NCBI GenBank assembly: GCA_964603325.1
Contig: CAZRUH010000001.1
Coordinates: forward strand, 5,452-52,053
Reading direction: 5' to 3'
Length of the DNA: 46,602 nucleotides
Source: an uncultured Bdellovibrionales bacterium
GTDB lineage: Bacteria > Patescibacteriota > Minisyncoccia > Moranbacterales > UBA9337
Part shown: positions 35,870 to 44,577 of the stretch, one piece after another
Position numbering within the stretch: position 1 is the stretch's first letter
How the letters are laid out: every line of letters begins with the position of its first letter
Translations under genes and position numbers: made by a program
Notes under the pieces: model-generated
Database searches by the model: none
What the model saw: only the letters and a program-made list of their open reading frames with translations
What the model was told of the DNA's origin: nothing

Positions 35870-35874
35870 ATTTC

Positions 35875-36456
35875 TTATATTTTTTTTCTATTGGCAATAG
35901 CGGAACTTAAAGTTAATTCGTCAGCATATTCAATATCTCCACCGGTAGACATACCTCTTCCAAGACGAGTTATTTTTAAATTTTTAAAATCTTGCAATTT
36001 TCTTTTTAGATATAAAGCTGTTAAATCGCCCTCGGAAGTCGGGTTGGTGGCGATAATAATTTCTTTCGGTTTTTCTGTGGAAATCTTTTTTAACAATTGT
36101 GTTATTTTCAAATTTTTTTTATTAGAATCTATTGTTCCTCCAAGAACAAAATACATTCCTTTGTAAATATTGGTTTTTTCAATGGAAATAATGTCTAGGG
36201 GATCTTCAACAACGCAAATTACCGATGATTCTCTTTGTTTATTTTCACAAATTGAACAGTGATCATTTTCTGAAATATTAAAACATCGCTTGCAATGTTT
36301 AAGATTTTTTAATTCTTGCAAGTTTTTGGAAAATTCAATAAGTTTCTCTCTGTTTTGTTTAAATAAAAAAAGTACCAATCTTTCAGCCATTTTTGGTCCA
36401 ACAGATGGGAGAGATGAAAAATTATCAATTAATTTTTGAAATATTTTTGGATACAT
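35875..36456 (-). CDS. recR: Recombination protein RecR
   Basis: Contains LPSVGPKMAERL. C4 Zn finger is CKRCFNISENDHCSIC. Toprim is ICVVEDPLDIISIE and ATNPTSEGDLTALY. Confidence 0.9.
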   Translation of the reverse strand: MYPKIFQKLIDNFSSLPSVGPKMAERLVLFLFKQNREKLIEFSKNLQELKNLKHCKRCFNISENDHCSICENKQRESSVICVVEDPLDIISIEKTNIYKGMYFVLGGTIDSNKKNLKITQLLKKISTEKPKEIIIATNPTSEGDLTALYLKRKLQDFKNLKITRLGRGMSTGGDIEYADELTLSSAIANRKKI

Positions 36457-36461
36457 AATGT

Positions 36462-37862
36462 TTAATTATTTTCCGGAATGGAATTTTCATCGGTATGAAT
36501 TTTTTCCAAGGATTTAAAGGTTGTTGATTCTTCTTGGAAATATAGACTTGCTTTCCCAAGTGGCCCGTTTCTATGTTTGGCTATGATAACTTCAACAATG
36601 TTTTTGTTTGGAGTATCAGGTTTTTCGCGATCTTCACGATATAACATCATTACCACATCAGCATCTTGTTCAATTGAACCTGATTCTCGGAGATCGGAAA
36701 GCTTTGGAATTTGGGGAGATCTGGACTCTACTTGTCTGGATAACTGTGAGAGCGCCAAAATCGGTATATTGAGTTCACGCGCCAATTGTTTTAATGCTCT
36801 TGAAATTTCAGATATTTCTTGAACGCGGTTTTCTCCGGAAGAGTTGCGACCCTCCATCAATTGAAGATAATCAATAATTATTAGTCCGAGATTATGCTCC
36901 GATTGCAAGCGACGAGCCATTGTCCGCATTTCCATAATGTTTGCGGAAGCGGTATCGTCAATATATATGGGAGCTTCACTTAAAATTCCCATAGCTTCAT
37001 TTATTTTTTCAAAATCGTTTTCCGGTCCTTTGTCGCGAAGCTTGCCGGTGCGGAGTCGCCAAAGATCAATGCCTGCTTGCGCAGCTAACATTCTGTCAAT
37101 TAATTGATCTGATGACATTTCAAGAGAAAATATACCCACGGGTACTTTTGCTTGAACGCCAATTTGTCTGGCTATATCCAAAGCGATAGTGGTTTTACCT
37201 ATGGATGGACGAGCGGCTAAAATAATCAAATCTGATTTTTGAAAGCCGGCCAAAACCTTATCTATATCCGGAAATCCGGTTGGAACTCCGCGAACGCTGG
37301 CATCATCTTTATGTAGTTCATCTATTCTATCAAAGGCGCTTTCCAATATTGATTTTATTGGTATAAAATCTTGTTTTAAATATTTTTGGGAAACTTTAAA
37401 TATTCCTTGCTCAGCTTCATCAAGGAGTTTATCAACATCTTCTGTCCCCGAATAACTCATTTCAACTATTTTATTGGCGGTAGTTATCAATCTTCTTAGC
37501 ATTGCTTTTTTCTGGATAACTTTGGCGTAGTGGACAACATGGGAAGCGGAAGGGACAATGTTGACAAGAGATGCTATGTATCCGGATCCGCCAACTTCTT
37601 CCAGTTTTCCTTTCTCTTCAAGTTTATTGGAAATACTTAAAACATCTATGGGATCTCGCTCTTCATAAAGTTCCAGCATTGTTTCAAAAAGAGTTTTGTG
37701 TTTGTTCTTGTAAAAATCATTAGGTTGCAAAAAATCGGCTATTTTAACAATAGCGTCTTTATCAAGCATAAGTGAACCTAAAACGGATTGTTCCGCCTCA
37801 ATATTGCTTGGTGGCGTTTTTATGATTTCTTTGTTTATTATGGGTTTTTTAGGCATATACAA
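36462..37862 (-). CDS. dnaB: Replicative DNA helicase DnaB
   Basis: Contains PPSNIEAEQSVLGSLMLD, Walker A ARPSIGKTT, IIIDYLQLM, ISRALKQLARELNIPILALSQLSR and AKHRNGP. No intein-sized insertion is present. The start could be the second ATG at 37856. Confidence 0.95.
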   Translation of the reverse strand: MYMPKKPIINKEIIKTPPSNIEAEQSVLGSLMLDKDAIVKIADFLQPNDFYKNKHKTLFETMLELYEERDPIDVLSISNKLEEKGKLEEVGGSGYIASLVNIVPSASHVVHYAKVIQKKAMLRRLITTANKIVEMSYSGTEDVDKLLDEAEQGIFKVSQKYLKQDFIPIKSILESAFDRIDELHKDDASVRGVPTGFPDIDKVLAGFQKSDLIILAARPSIGKTTIALDIARQIGVQAKVPVGIFSLEMSSDQLIDRMLAAQAGIDLWRLRTGKLRDKGPENDFEKINEAMGILSEAPIYIDDTASANIMEMRTMARRLQSEHNLGLIIIDYLQLMEGRNSSGENRVQEISEISRALKQLARELNIPILALSQLSRQVESRSPQIPKLSDLRESGSIEQDADVVMMLYREDREKPDTPNKNIVEVIIAKHRNGPLGKASLYFQEESTTFKSLEKIHTDENSIPENN

Positions 37863-37895
37863 CAGTATATATCAATTAAAAACACAAATCAACGC

Positions 37896-37923
37896 TTGAC
37901 ATATTTGTTAAATGTGTGATAAT
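37896..37923 (+). promoter_or_regulatory. Candidate promoter for the HTH/membrane/ATPase gene string
   Basis: TTGACA at 37896-37901, a 16-nt spacer, then GATAAT at 37918-37923 preceded by TGTGT. It overlaps the track's ATG 37912, which argues for the ATG 37960 start. Confidence 0.4.
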
Positions 37924-37959
37924 CTACAAAATTCATTATTGAAATATAAATTGTATACT

Positions 37960-39003
37960 ATGAAAAATAATTATAAAAATAATAATGCGGACACCGATTT
38001 TCTTTTGGAAGTGGTAAATTCTATTACTGAGGGAATAAATAGTAGATCAAAAAAAATGTTAATTGATCGTTTTGGTCTTGGCAAAAAGAGCTCCTTATCA
38101 CTTAATCAAATTGGCGAAAAGCACAATATTACCAGAGAAAGAGTTAGACAGATAATCAATGAGACAATAAACAAAATCAAGCAAAAAATAAAAACGAGCA
38201 ATTCTTTCAAAAAAATGGAAGAAAAAATTGTTTTTGCCGTAAAATCTAAATATGGTATAATTTCAATGGAGGAGTTGTTGGCTATTTTTGCAAGAAACAA
38301 GAATGAATACGGTTATTTTAAATTTATTTTGTTTTGTTCTGAAAAAGTGGAGACAATCAATAGTAATAACTTGGTGGAGTCGGTTTATTTTTCCGATTTT
38401 GATTTTAAAAAATTAAATAAAGTTTATAATATTGTTGAGAATTTGCTTAAAAAAGACGGTAAGGTTGTTAAGCTAAAGGAACTTTTCAATAGATTTACAG
38501 AGTGTAGTCATATAAGCATCAATTATGATAATTTTGTTAATTTTTTAAAAATTTCCAAAACGATAAAGAAAAATGTTTTTGGTGAATGGGGTTTATCCGA
38601 ATGGAAGGAAGTTACTCCCAAAAATATTAGGGATAAGGCATATTTGGTTGCTAAGAAAGAAAATACTCCGCTTCACTTTAGAAAATTGGCTTCTTTAATT
38701 GATGAATATGGATTAAGTAACAGAAAAAGTCATCCACAAACGGTACATAATGAATTGATTAAAGATAAAAAATTTGTTTTAGTTGGTAGAGGAACATATG
38801 CATTGAGTGAGTGGGGTTATAAAAAAGGGACAGTTAAAGATGTGATTGAATATGTTCTAAAAAAAGAAAAAAAATCATTATCCAAAAGAGAAATAATAAA
38901 GAGAGTTTTATCTGTCAGAAATGTTAAAGATACGACAGTGCTGATAAATTTAAATACCTACTTTAAGAAAATAGAGAATGATAGATATTTTTTAAAAAAA
39001 TAA
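37960..39003 (+). CDS. DNA-binding protein with an N-terminal sigma-70 region-4-like HTH and a C-terminal HARE-HTH-like domain
   Basis: Region-4-like sequence is MLIDRFGLGKKSSLSLNQIGEKHNITRERVRQIINETINKIK. C-terminal sequence is PLHFRKLASLIDEYGL..HPQTVHNELIKDKKFVLVGRGTYALSEWGY (RpoE-delta/HARE-HTH pattern). No sigma regions 2 or 3 are recognisable. Confidence 0.6.
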   Translation: MKNNYKNNNADTDFLLEVVNSITEGINSRSKKMLIDRFGLGKKSSLSLNQIGEKHNITRERVRQIINETINKIKQKIKTSNSFKKMEEKIVFAVKSKYGIISMEELLAIFARNKNEYGYFKFILFCSEKVETINSNNLVESVYFSDFDFKKLNKVYNIVENLLKKDGKVVKLKELFNRFTECSHISINYDNFVNFLKISKTIKKNVFGEWGLSEWKEVTPKNIRDKAYLVAKKENTPLHFRKLASLIDEYGLSNRKSHPQTVHNELIKDKKFVLVGRGTYALSEWGYKKGTVKDVIEYVLKKEKKSLSKREIIKRVLSVRNVKDTTVLINLNTYFKKIENDRYFLKK

Positions 39004-39056
39004 CACCCATTCAAATTCAAACTTAAAATAAAAATAAATAATAATTTAAAAAATAA

Positions 39057-40352
39057 ATGGATATTTTATCAACAAACACCATAGTGGTATTTTTGGATAT
39101 TATTGGGCAAGCGTTTGCAACAACTTGGTTTATTGTTTTGCCGTTTTTATTTTATTTTATTTTTAAAATAGTTTGGTTGGATTATGTTAAAGATGATTAT
39201 TGGAGTAAAATTGAGTGGGATGTTTTAGAGATAATACCACCGAATGACATAGAAGAAACTCCGCAGGCAATGGAAATGGTTTTTGCTGGACTGCTTGGTT
39301 CAATGAAAGGAATTAATGTCATTGAAGAAAATGTTAAAGGAGAAACTCCCATGTATTTCAGTCTTGAACTTGTAAGTATAGAGGGTGTGGTTCATTTTTA
39401 TATAAGAACACCAAAGTCTTTTAAAGCGTTAATAGAATCGCATATTCATTCTCAATATCCCACCGCTATCGTTGAGACTGTTTCTGATTATGTTGATGAT
39501 ATTCCGAAAATTATTCCCAATAAAAACTGGGATTTGTGGGGGACAGATTTCAGACTGGATAAGCCGGATCCTTACCCAATTAAAACATATCGTTGGTTTG
39601 AAGAAGATGTAACCGGAAAAGTATTAGATCCACTGGCTTCGTTAATTGAAAGTATCGGAAAAATAGGTCCGCAACAATATTTTTGGTTGCAACTGGTTAT
39701 TACGCCAAAAGATGCCAAAGAGTATGATACCGGAAAAAAATTGGCGGAAGAACTTGCCGGACGAGAAGTAAAAAAAACACAGAATTTTATAGAAAAATAT
39801 TTATTTGGATGGTTAACTGTCATAAATGATTTTATTGCCAATTTAATAGGAATGCCGGTAGAAAGTGGAAACGGTGACGATGGGGGTGTAGATGTCCCCT
39901 TGGAATTTAAGATGACTCCGGGAGAAAAAGAGGTCTTGAAGCAAATAGAAGAAGGGATTGGAAAAAGCGCTTTTAATGTTAAAATGAGAATAATATATAC
40001 CGGAAGAAGAGAGAATTTTAATAAGGTTGTTGTCGGTTCGTTTATGGGGGGGATTAAGCAATTTTCAGATGCCAATTTAAATGGCTTTGCTCCGGACAAT
40101 AACAGTAAAACATATGCTTTGCATCTTTTTACGGAAACAAGAATGAAATATCGGCAAAGAAAAATTTTACGAAGATATAGAGATAGAGATAGAGATGGCG
40201 TAACATTTCATTTGAATACGGAAGAATTGGCGACGGTTTTTCATTTACCAACTATAAATGTTGCTACGCCGGTGTTGCAGAAAGTTAATGTTAAAACCGG
40301 TAGTGCTCCTGCAAATTTACCGATAGAGCCAATAGAGGAATCAAATAAATAA
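39057..40352 (+). CDS. Membrane-anchored protein of unknown function, partner of the downstream ATPase
   Basis: 431 aa. N-terminal hydrophobic region is TIVVFLDIIGQAFATTWFIVLPFLFYFIFKIVWL, followed by a large soluble domain. The C-terminal segment is HLNTEELATVFHLPT. Its stop lies 13 nt before the ATPase start. I recognise no catalytic motif. Confidence 0.6.
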   Translation: MDILSTNTIVVFLDIIGQAFATTWFIVLPFLFYFIFKIVWLDYVKDDYWSKIEWDVLEIIPPNDIEETPQAMEMVFAGLLGSMKGINVIEENVKGETPMYFSLELVSIEGVVHFYIRTPKSFKALIESHIHSQYPTAIVETVSDYVDDIPKIIPNKNWDLWGTDFRLDKPDPYPIKTYRWFEEDVTGKVLDPLASLIESIGKIGPQQYFWLQLVITPKDAKEYDTGKKLAEELAGREVKKTQNFIEKYLFGWLTVINDFIANLIGMPVESGNGDDGGVDVPLEFKMTPGEKEVLKQIEEGIGKSAFNVKMRIIYTGRRENFNKVVVGSFMGGIKQFSDANLNGFAPDNNSKTYALHLFTETRMKYRQRKILRRYRDRDRDGVTFHLNTEELATVFHLPTINVATPVLQKVNVKTGSAPANLPIEPIEESNK

Positions 40353-40365
40353 TTATTTTTATATT

Positions 40366-42132
40366 ATGCAACAAGAAATAACTTTTTTTGCAAAAACAAA
40401 TTTTAGAAATCAAAATGTCAAATTTGGAATAAAAGAAAACGATCGTCAAAGACATATGTATGTTATTGGTAAGACGGGAATGGGAAAAACAACATTGCTT
40501 GAAAATATTGTTATGCAGGATATTTCCAACGGACATGCTGTTGCCTACATTGATCCTCATGGAGATACTGCTGAAAAACTTATCCAAGCCATTCCGTCAA
40601 ACAGAATAAATGATGTTGTTTATTTTAATCCCGCCGATACGGAAAATCCAATCGCTTTTAATATTTTGGAAGCGGTAGATGAGGACAAGAAACATCTTGT
40701 CGCTTCCGGAATGATGGGTGTTTTTAAAAAGATTTGGCCTGATGTTTGGAGCGCTAGGATGGAGTATATTTTAAACAATACAATTTTGGCATTATTGGAT
40801 TATCCCGGTTCAACCATGATGGGTATCAATCGTATGATGTCTGACAAAGTATATAGAAAGAGAGTTTATAAAAAAATAAAAGATCCGATAGTTAAGGGAT
40901 TTTGGTTGGATGAATTTGAGTCTTGGGATGATAGATTTAGAAAAGAAGCGGTGGCGGCTATTCAAAACAAAGTTGGTCAGTTTCTTTCTTCTTCCTTAAT
41001 CAGAAATATTGTCGGACAGACAAAATCAACTATCAATATGAGAGATATTATGGATAATAACAAGATATTGATAGTCAATTTATCCAAGGGAAAGATAGGT
41101 GAGGATGCCATGAGACTTTTGGGAGGTATGATTGTGACAAAAATACAGTTGGCATCAATGGAGCGTGTTGATATTCCGGAGGAAGATAGAAAAAATTTTT
41201 ATTTAACTGTAGATGAATTTCAAAACTTTGTGACAGAATCTTTCGCAAATATTTTATCGGAAGCAAGAAAGTATAAATTGAATTTGTTGGTAGCGCATCA
41301 ATACATTAGCCAACTTGTTTTTGACGGCAATACTACGGTAAGAGATGCTATTTTTGGTAATGTTGGAACGATAATATCTTTCAGGGTTGGCGCAGATGAT
41401 GCGGAATTTTTGGAAAAAGAATTTGAGCCGGTCTTTACTATGAATGATATTATAAATTTGCCGAAATATAATATTTATTTAAAACTGATGATAGATGGTA
41501 TTGCCGGAGATGCGTTTTCCGCAACAGCTCTTCCTCCAATAGATTTGCAGAATACATACGAAAATGCTGAAAAAGTTATTAGAGTGTCTAGAGAAAGATA
41601 TTCCAACAAAAGGGGAGATATTGAAGATAAAATTGCAAGATGGACGGGAATGATTGACGAAACAAAAATCAAGAAAGAGAGCAATCAGAAACCAAAAGAA
41701 ACAATCCCTAATCCATTAAAAGAAAAACAATCGGATAATTTTAAAAAATCGGCAAAAAATAATAAGCAAAGCAATAAAAAAGATAATAAGAAAAAAATGC
41801 ATAAATCGGTTTGTGATACTTGTGGCATTGAGATAGAAATTCCTTTTAAGCCCGATGGAGAAAGACCGACTTTTTGTATTGAATGCTTAAAAGATTATCA
41901 ACGTGCTTTAGCTCGCTTAAAAAACAGAGAAAAGCAATTGAACGATAATAAAGAGAGTGGAAATCGGAGTTTAAACGAGAAAGAAGAAGTTTATGTTTCA
42001 AGAGAAAAACCGCTAAGTTTAAATCAACTTCAATACATTTCTCCTAAAAAAATTAAAAATTTGGATAATCTTAAAAAAGGCGTGAAAATAAAAGAGCTTA
42101 TAAAAAAAATAAAGAAAAACAAACAAGAGTAA
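40366..42132 (+). CDS. VirD4/TraD-like (type IV coupling protein / HerA-FtsK clade) P-loop ATPase with a Lys-rich tail and a C-terminal CxxC..CxxC zinc ribbon
   Basis: Walker A is VIGKTGMGKTTL. Walker B is FYLTVDEFQNF. The coupling-protein-type motif is SEARKYKLNLLVAHQYISQL. The tail is KKSAKNNKQSNKKDNKKK, followed by CDTCGIEIEIPFKPDGERPTFCIEC at 41812..41886. Confidence 0.75.
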   Translation: MQQEITFFAKTNFRNQNVKFGIKENDRQRHMYVIGKTGMGKTTLLENIVMQDISNGHAVAYIDPHGDTAEKLIQAIPSNRINDVVYFNPADTENPIAFNILEAVDEDKKHLVASGMMGVFKKIWPDVWSARMEYILNNTILALLDYPGSTMMGINRMMSDKVYRKRVYKKIKDPIVKGFWLDEFESWDDRFRKEAVAAIQNKVGQFLSSSLIRNIVGQTKSTINMRDIMDNNKILIVNLSKGKIGEDAMRLLGGMIVTKIQLASMERVDIPEEDRKNFYLTVDEFQNFVTESFANILSEARKYKLNLLVAHQYISQLVFDGNTTVRDAIFGNVGTIISFRVGADDAEFLEKEFEPVFTMNDIINLPKYNIYLKLMIDGIAGDAFSATALPPIDLQNTYENAEKVIRVSRERYSNKRGDIEDKIARWTGMIDETKIKKESNQKPKETIPNPLKEKQSDNFKKSAKNNKQSNKKDNKKKMHKSVCDTCGIEIEIPFKPDGERPTFCIECLKDYQRALARLKNREKQLNDNKESGNRSLNEKEEVYVSREKPLSLNQLQYISPKKIKNLDNLKKGVKIKELIKKIKKNKQE

Positions 42133-42216
42133 CTTTTTTGTAGAATGTTGGTTTGGGAGATATATTTTTTTGTGATATTATTTGGTTAGGCTTATTGGTT
42201 TAAGAGTTTACTTTTT

Positions 42217-43158
42217 ATGACTTGGCTTACAATTTCTTTGATAGGGTATTTCTTGTTGGCATTTTCTTACATTTTGGACAAAGCTTTATTGAAAAGGCGT
42301 ATTCCTCGTCCGGCAGTATATGCTTTTTATGTTGCTTTGCTGAGTTTTTTGTCAATGTTTTTATTTCCATTTGGCGGGCAGTGGATTGATTGGTATTTTT
42401 TTTGCATTTCAATATTTTCCGGAGGAATATTTATTTGGGGGCTTTTGTTTTATTATTATGCGGTTAAAAAGAATGAGATTTCCAGAGTAGCTCCATTGGT
42501 TGGTTCAGTGGTGCAAATAACAACTTTTTTATTGGCAATTATTTTTTTAAATAAACAGCTTGCGACAAGCGGTGTTTTTGGGATAATACTTTTGATAATA
42601 GGTGGGTTTTTAATTTCTTTTGATTTACCTCTTAAATATAAAAAACTCATCAAAGGTGTTAAATTTTCTTTTTTAAGTGGTATAATGCTGGGATTGAGTT
42701 TTTCCTTTTTTGATTATATATACAATTATCTTGGAAATAATATTGGGGGAGATTACATTTTTATAAATGGGTTTATGTGGACAAGATTTGGATTGTTTAT
42801 TGGAGGTTTAAGTTTGTTATTAATCAAGAAATATAGAAAAAATATTTTAAATTCCTTTTTAAAAAAAGATGAAACAAATAAAAAGCAAAGAAGCGCAAAA
42901 ACCATATTTTATTTTTCTTTAAATAAAATATTTGGGGGAATTTCTTCGGTTTTAATAAATTATGCCATTTTGCTCGGAGGGGCGAGTATGGTTCAAGCGG
43001 TAAGTAGCGTGCAGTTTGTGTTTGTTTTGTTGTTGGCAAGTTTGATGATGAAGAAATACCCAACCATATTTGATGAAAAATTATATTTTTGGGATTGGGT
43101 TCAGAAAATAGGGGCAATTTTTTTGATAATAATTGGAGTTTTTTTAATCAACAAATAA
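42217..43158 (+). CDS. Polytopic membrane protein, DMT/EamA-like transporter
   Basis: 313 aa with about 10 TM helices arranged as two similar halves. The assignment rests on architecture only. Confidence 0.45.
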   Translation: MTWLTISLIGYFLLAFSYILDKALLKRRIPRPAVYAFYVALLSFLSMFLFPFGGQWIDWYFFCISIFSGGIFIWGLLFYYYAVKKNEISRVAPLVGSVVQITTFLLAIIFLNKQLATSGVFGIILLIIGGFLISFDLPLKYKKLIKGVKFSFLSGIMLGLSFSFFDYIYNYLGNNIGGDYIFINGFMWTRFGLFIGGLSLLLIKKYRKNILNSFLKKDETNKKQRSAKTIFYFSLNKIFGGISSVLINYAILLGGASMVQAVSSVQFVFVLLLASLMMKKYPTIFDEKLYFWDWVQKIGAIFLIIIGVFLINK

Positions 43159-43170
43159 TAAAACAATGAA

Positions 43171-44175
43171 ATGCTTAAAAGAATATTAAAAATTATCATT
43201 GGATTATTTTTAATATTGATTACTTTATCTTTATTTGTTTTAATGTGGCTTAATTTCCCGGTGGAAAATAAAAATAAGGGAGCGGATTTGGGCGTAACTT
43301 TTTCTGCCAGATATTCCCGGGATATTGGTTTAAATTGGAAAGAAAATTACATAGCTTTATTAGATGATTTAAAGGTTAAAAAAATAAGAATACCCGTTTA
43401 TTGGGATTTGGTGGAAAAGCAAAAAAATATTTATGATTTTTCTGATATTGATTGGCAATTAGCGGAAGCGGAAAGGATGGGCGCTGATGTTGTTCTTGTA
43501 TTGGGGCAAAAAGTTCCTCGTTGGCCGGAATGTTTTATTCCAAAATGGATTAACAATGATCAGGAACGAAAAAAAGAATTAGTTGAGTTTTTGAAAATAG
43601 TTGTGAATAAATATAAGAACAATAAGACAGTGAAGTATTGGCAAGTGGAAAACGAACCTTTTTTAAATTTCGGAATTTGCCCCCCGCTAGACATTGATTT
43701 ACTTGATCAAGAAATAAAGACGGTTAAGCAAATTGATGGCTCTAGAAAAATAATAATAACCGATAGTGGTGAATTAAGTATGTGGATTCCCGCTGCGAAA
43801 AGAGGAGATATTTTTGGAACAACAATGTATCGCAATGTTTACAAGGAGGGATTTGGTTATTATGTGTATCCTGTCGGACCGAGATTCTTCTTGCTAAAAA
43901 AATGGTTGATTTCCAAGTTTGCCAATCAAGAAAATGCTGTTGTTATTGAATTGCAAGGAGAGCCGTGGGTTAAAGGATGGACAACCAATCAACCTTTGCA
44001 AGAACAATTTAAGTCTATGAATGAAAAAAAATTGGTGAAAAATATTGAATATGCTGAAAAATCAGGATTTTCTGAAATTTATGTTTGGGGGGTGGAGTGG
44101 TGGTATTGGTTAAAAGAAAAGCAAAATTATCCGGCTCTTTGGAATACATTTAAAGATATGAGAAATGGGCGGTGA
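43171..44175 (+). CDS. Membrane-anchored TIM-barrel glycoside hydrolase-like protein (clan GH-A-like)
   Basis: N-terminal TM is IIIGLFLILITLSLFVLMWL. Contains YWQVENEPF, a clan GH-A acid/base NEP motif. Later acidic candidates are ITDSGE and IELQGEPW. The GH family is not assignable by eye. Confidence 0.45.
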   Translation: MLKRILKIIIGLFLILITLSLFVLMWLNFPVENKNKGADLGVTFSARYSRDIGLNWKENYIALLDDLKVKKIRIPVYWDLVEKQKNIYDFSDIDWQLAEAERMGADVVLVLGQKVPRWPECFIPKWINNDQERKKELVEFLKIVVNKYKNNKTVKYWQVENEPFLNFGICPPLDIDLLDQEIKTVKQIDGSRKIIITDSGELSMWIPAAKRGDIFGTTMYRNVYKEGFGYYVYPVGPRFFLLKKWLISKFANQENAVVIELQGEPWVKGWTTNQPLQEQFKSMNEKKLVKNIEYAEKSGFSEIYVWGVEWWYWLKEKQNYPALWNTFKDMRNGR

Positions 44176-44218
44176 AATTAAGTTAAATATTTAAAAAAAT
44201 GAAAGGGGGTGAGGAGCT

Positions 44219-44422
44219 ATGAAGTTTTTTGTAAATTGCAAATGCCAAAAAATCACAAGATTGTTGATGGTTTTTTCCGTAGTTGCTTTAGTTGCGACAG
44301 TTATGGTGTCTGTTTTTTCTTGGGATTTGTGGTTAGCGGGAACGCAATGGATATTGGTTTCAATTTTGTTTGCCGTTTATGCATTACACATTGAAAATTG
44401 TCATAAACAAGATGATGCTTAA
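44219..44422 (+). CDS. Small two-TM membrane protein, unknown function
   Basis: ATG 44219 is preceded by AAAGGGGGTGAGGAGCT, the strongest SD-like element I noticed in the window. Contains the hydrophobic segments LLMVFSVVALVATVMVSVF and WILVSILFAVYAL. Confidence 0.45.
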   Translation: MKFFVNCKCQKITRLLMVFSVVALVATVMVSVFSWDLWLAGTQWILVSILFAVYALHIENCHKQDDA

Positions 44423-44444
44423 ATAACATTTCAATCGTATTTTG

Positions 44445-44492
44445 AAAACAACTCACTTTATAAAATGAGAAAGGAGTTGTTTTTGTTTTTTT
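44445..44492 (+). terminator. Rho-independent terminator
   Basis: AACAACTC (44447-44454) pairs with GAGTTGTT (44474-44481), followed by TTTGTTTTTTT. Confidence 0.65.
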
Positions 44493-44503
44493 GGCGTAAA
44501 TTC

Positions 44504-44531
44504 TTGATATTTTATTTTTTTGATGTAGAAT
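44504..44531 (+). promoter_or_regulatory. Candidate promoter for aspS
   Basis: TTGATA at 44504-44509, a 16-nt spacer, then TAGAAT at 44526-44531. Confidence 0.35.
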
Positions 44532-44577
44532 AGATAATATGGCAGAGAGGATTTTTATAATCAATAATTAAAAAAAT

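Noticed and set aside
39572-40099. A 175-aa minus-strand ORF inside the 431-aa membrane-protein gene.
   Set aside because: It lies entirely within a longer plus-strand ORF that is coupled to the ATPase. Its Ser/Pro/Phe-rich translation has no recognisable motif, and there is no promoter or RBS context.
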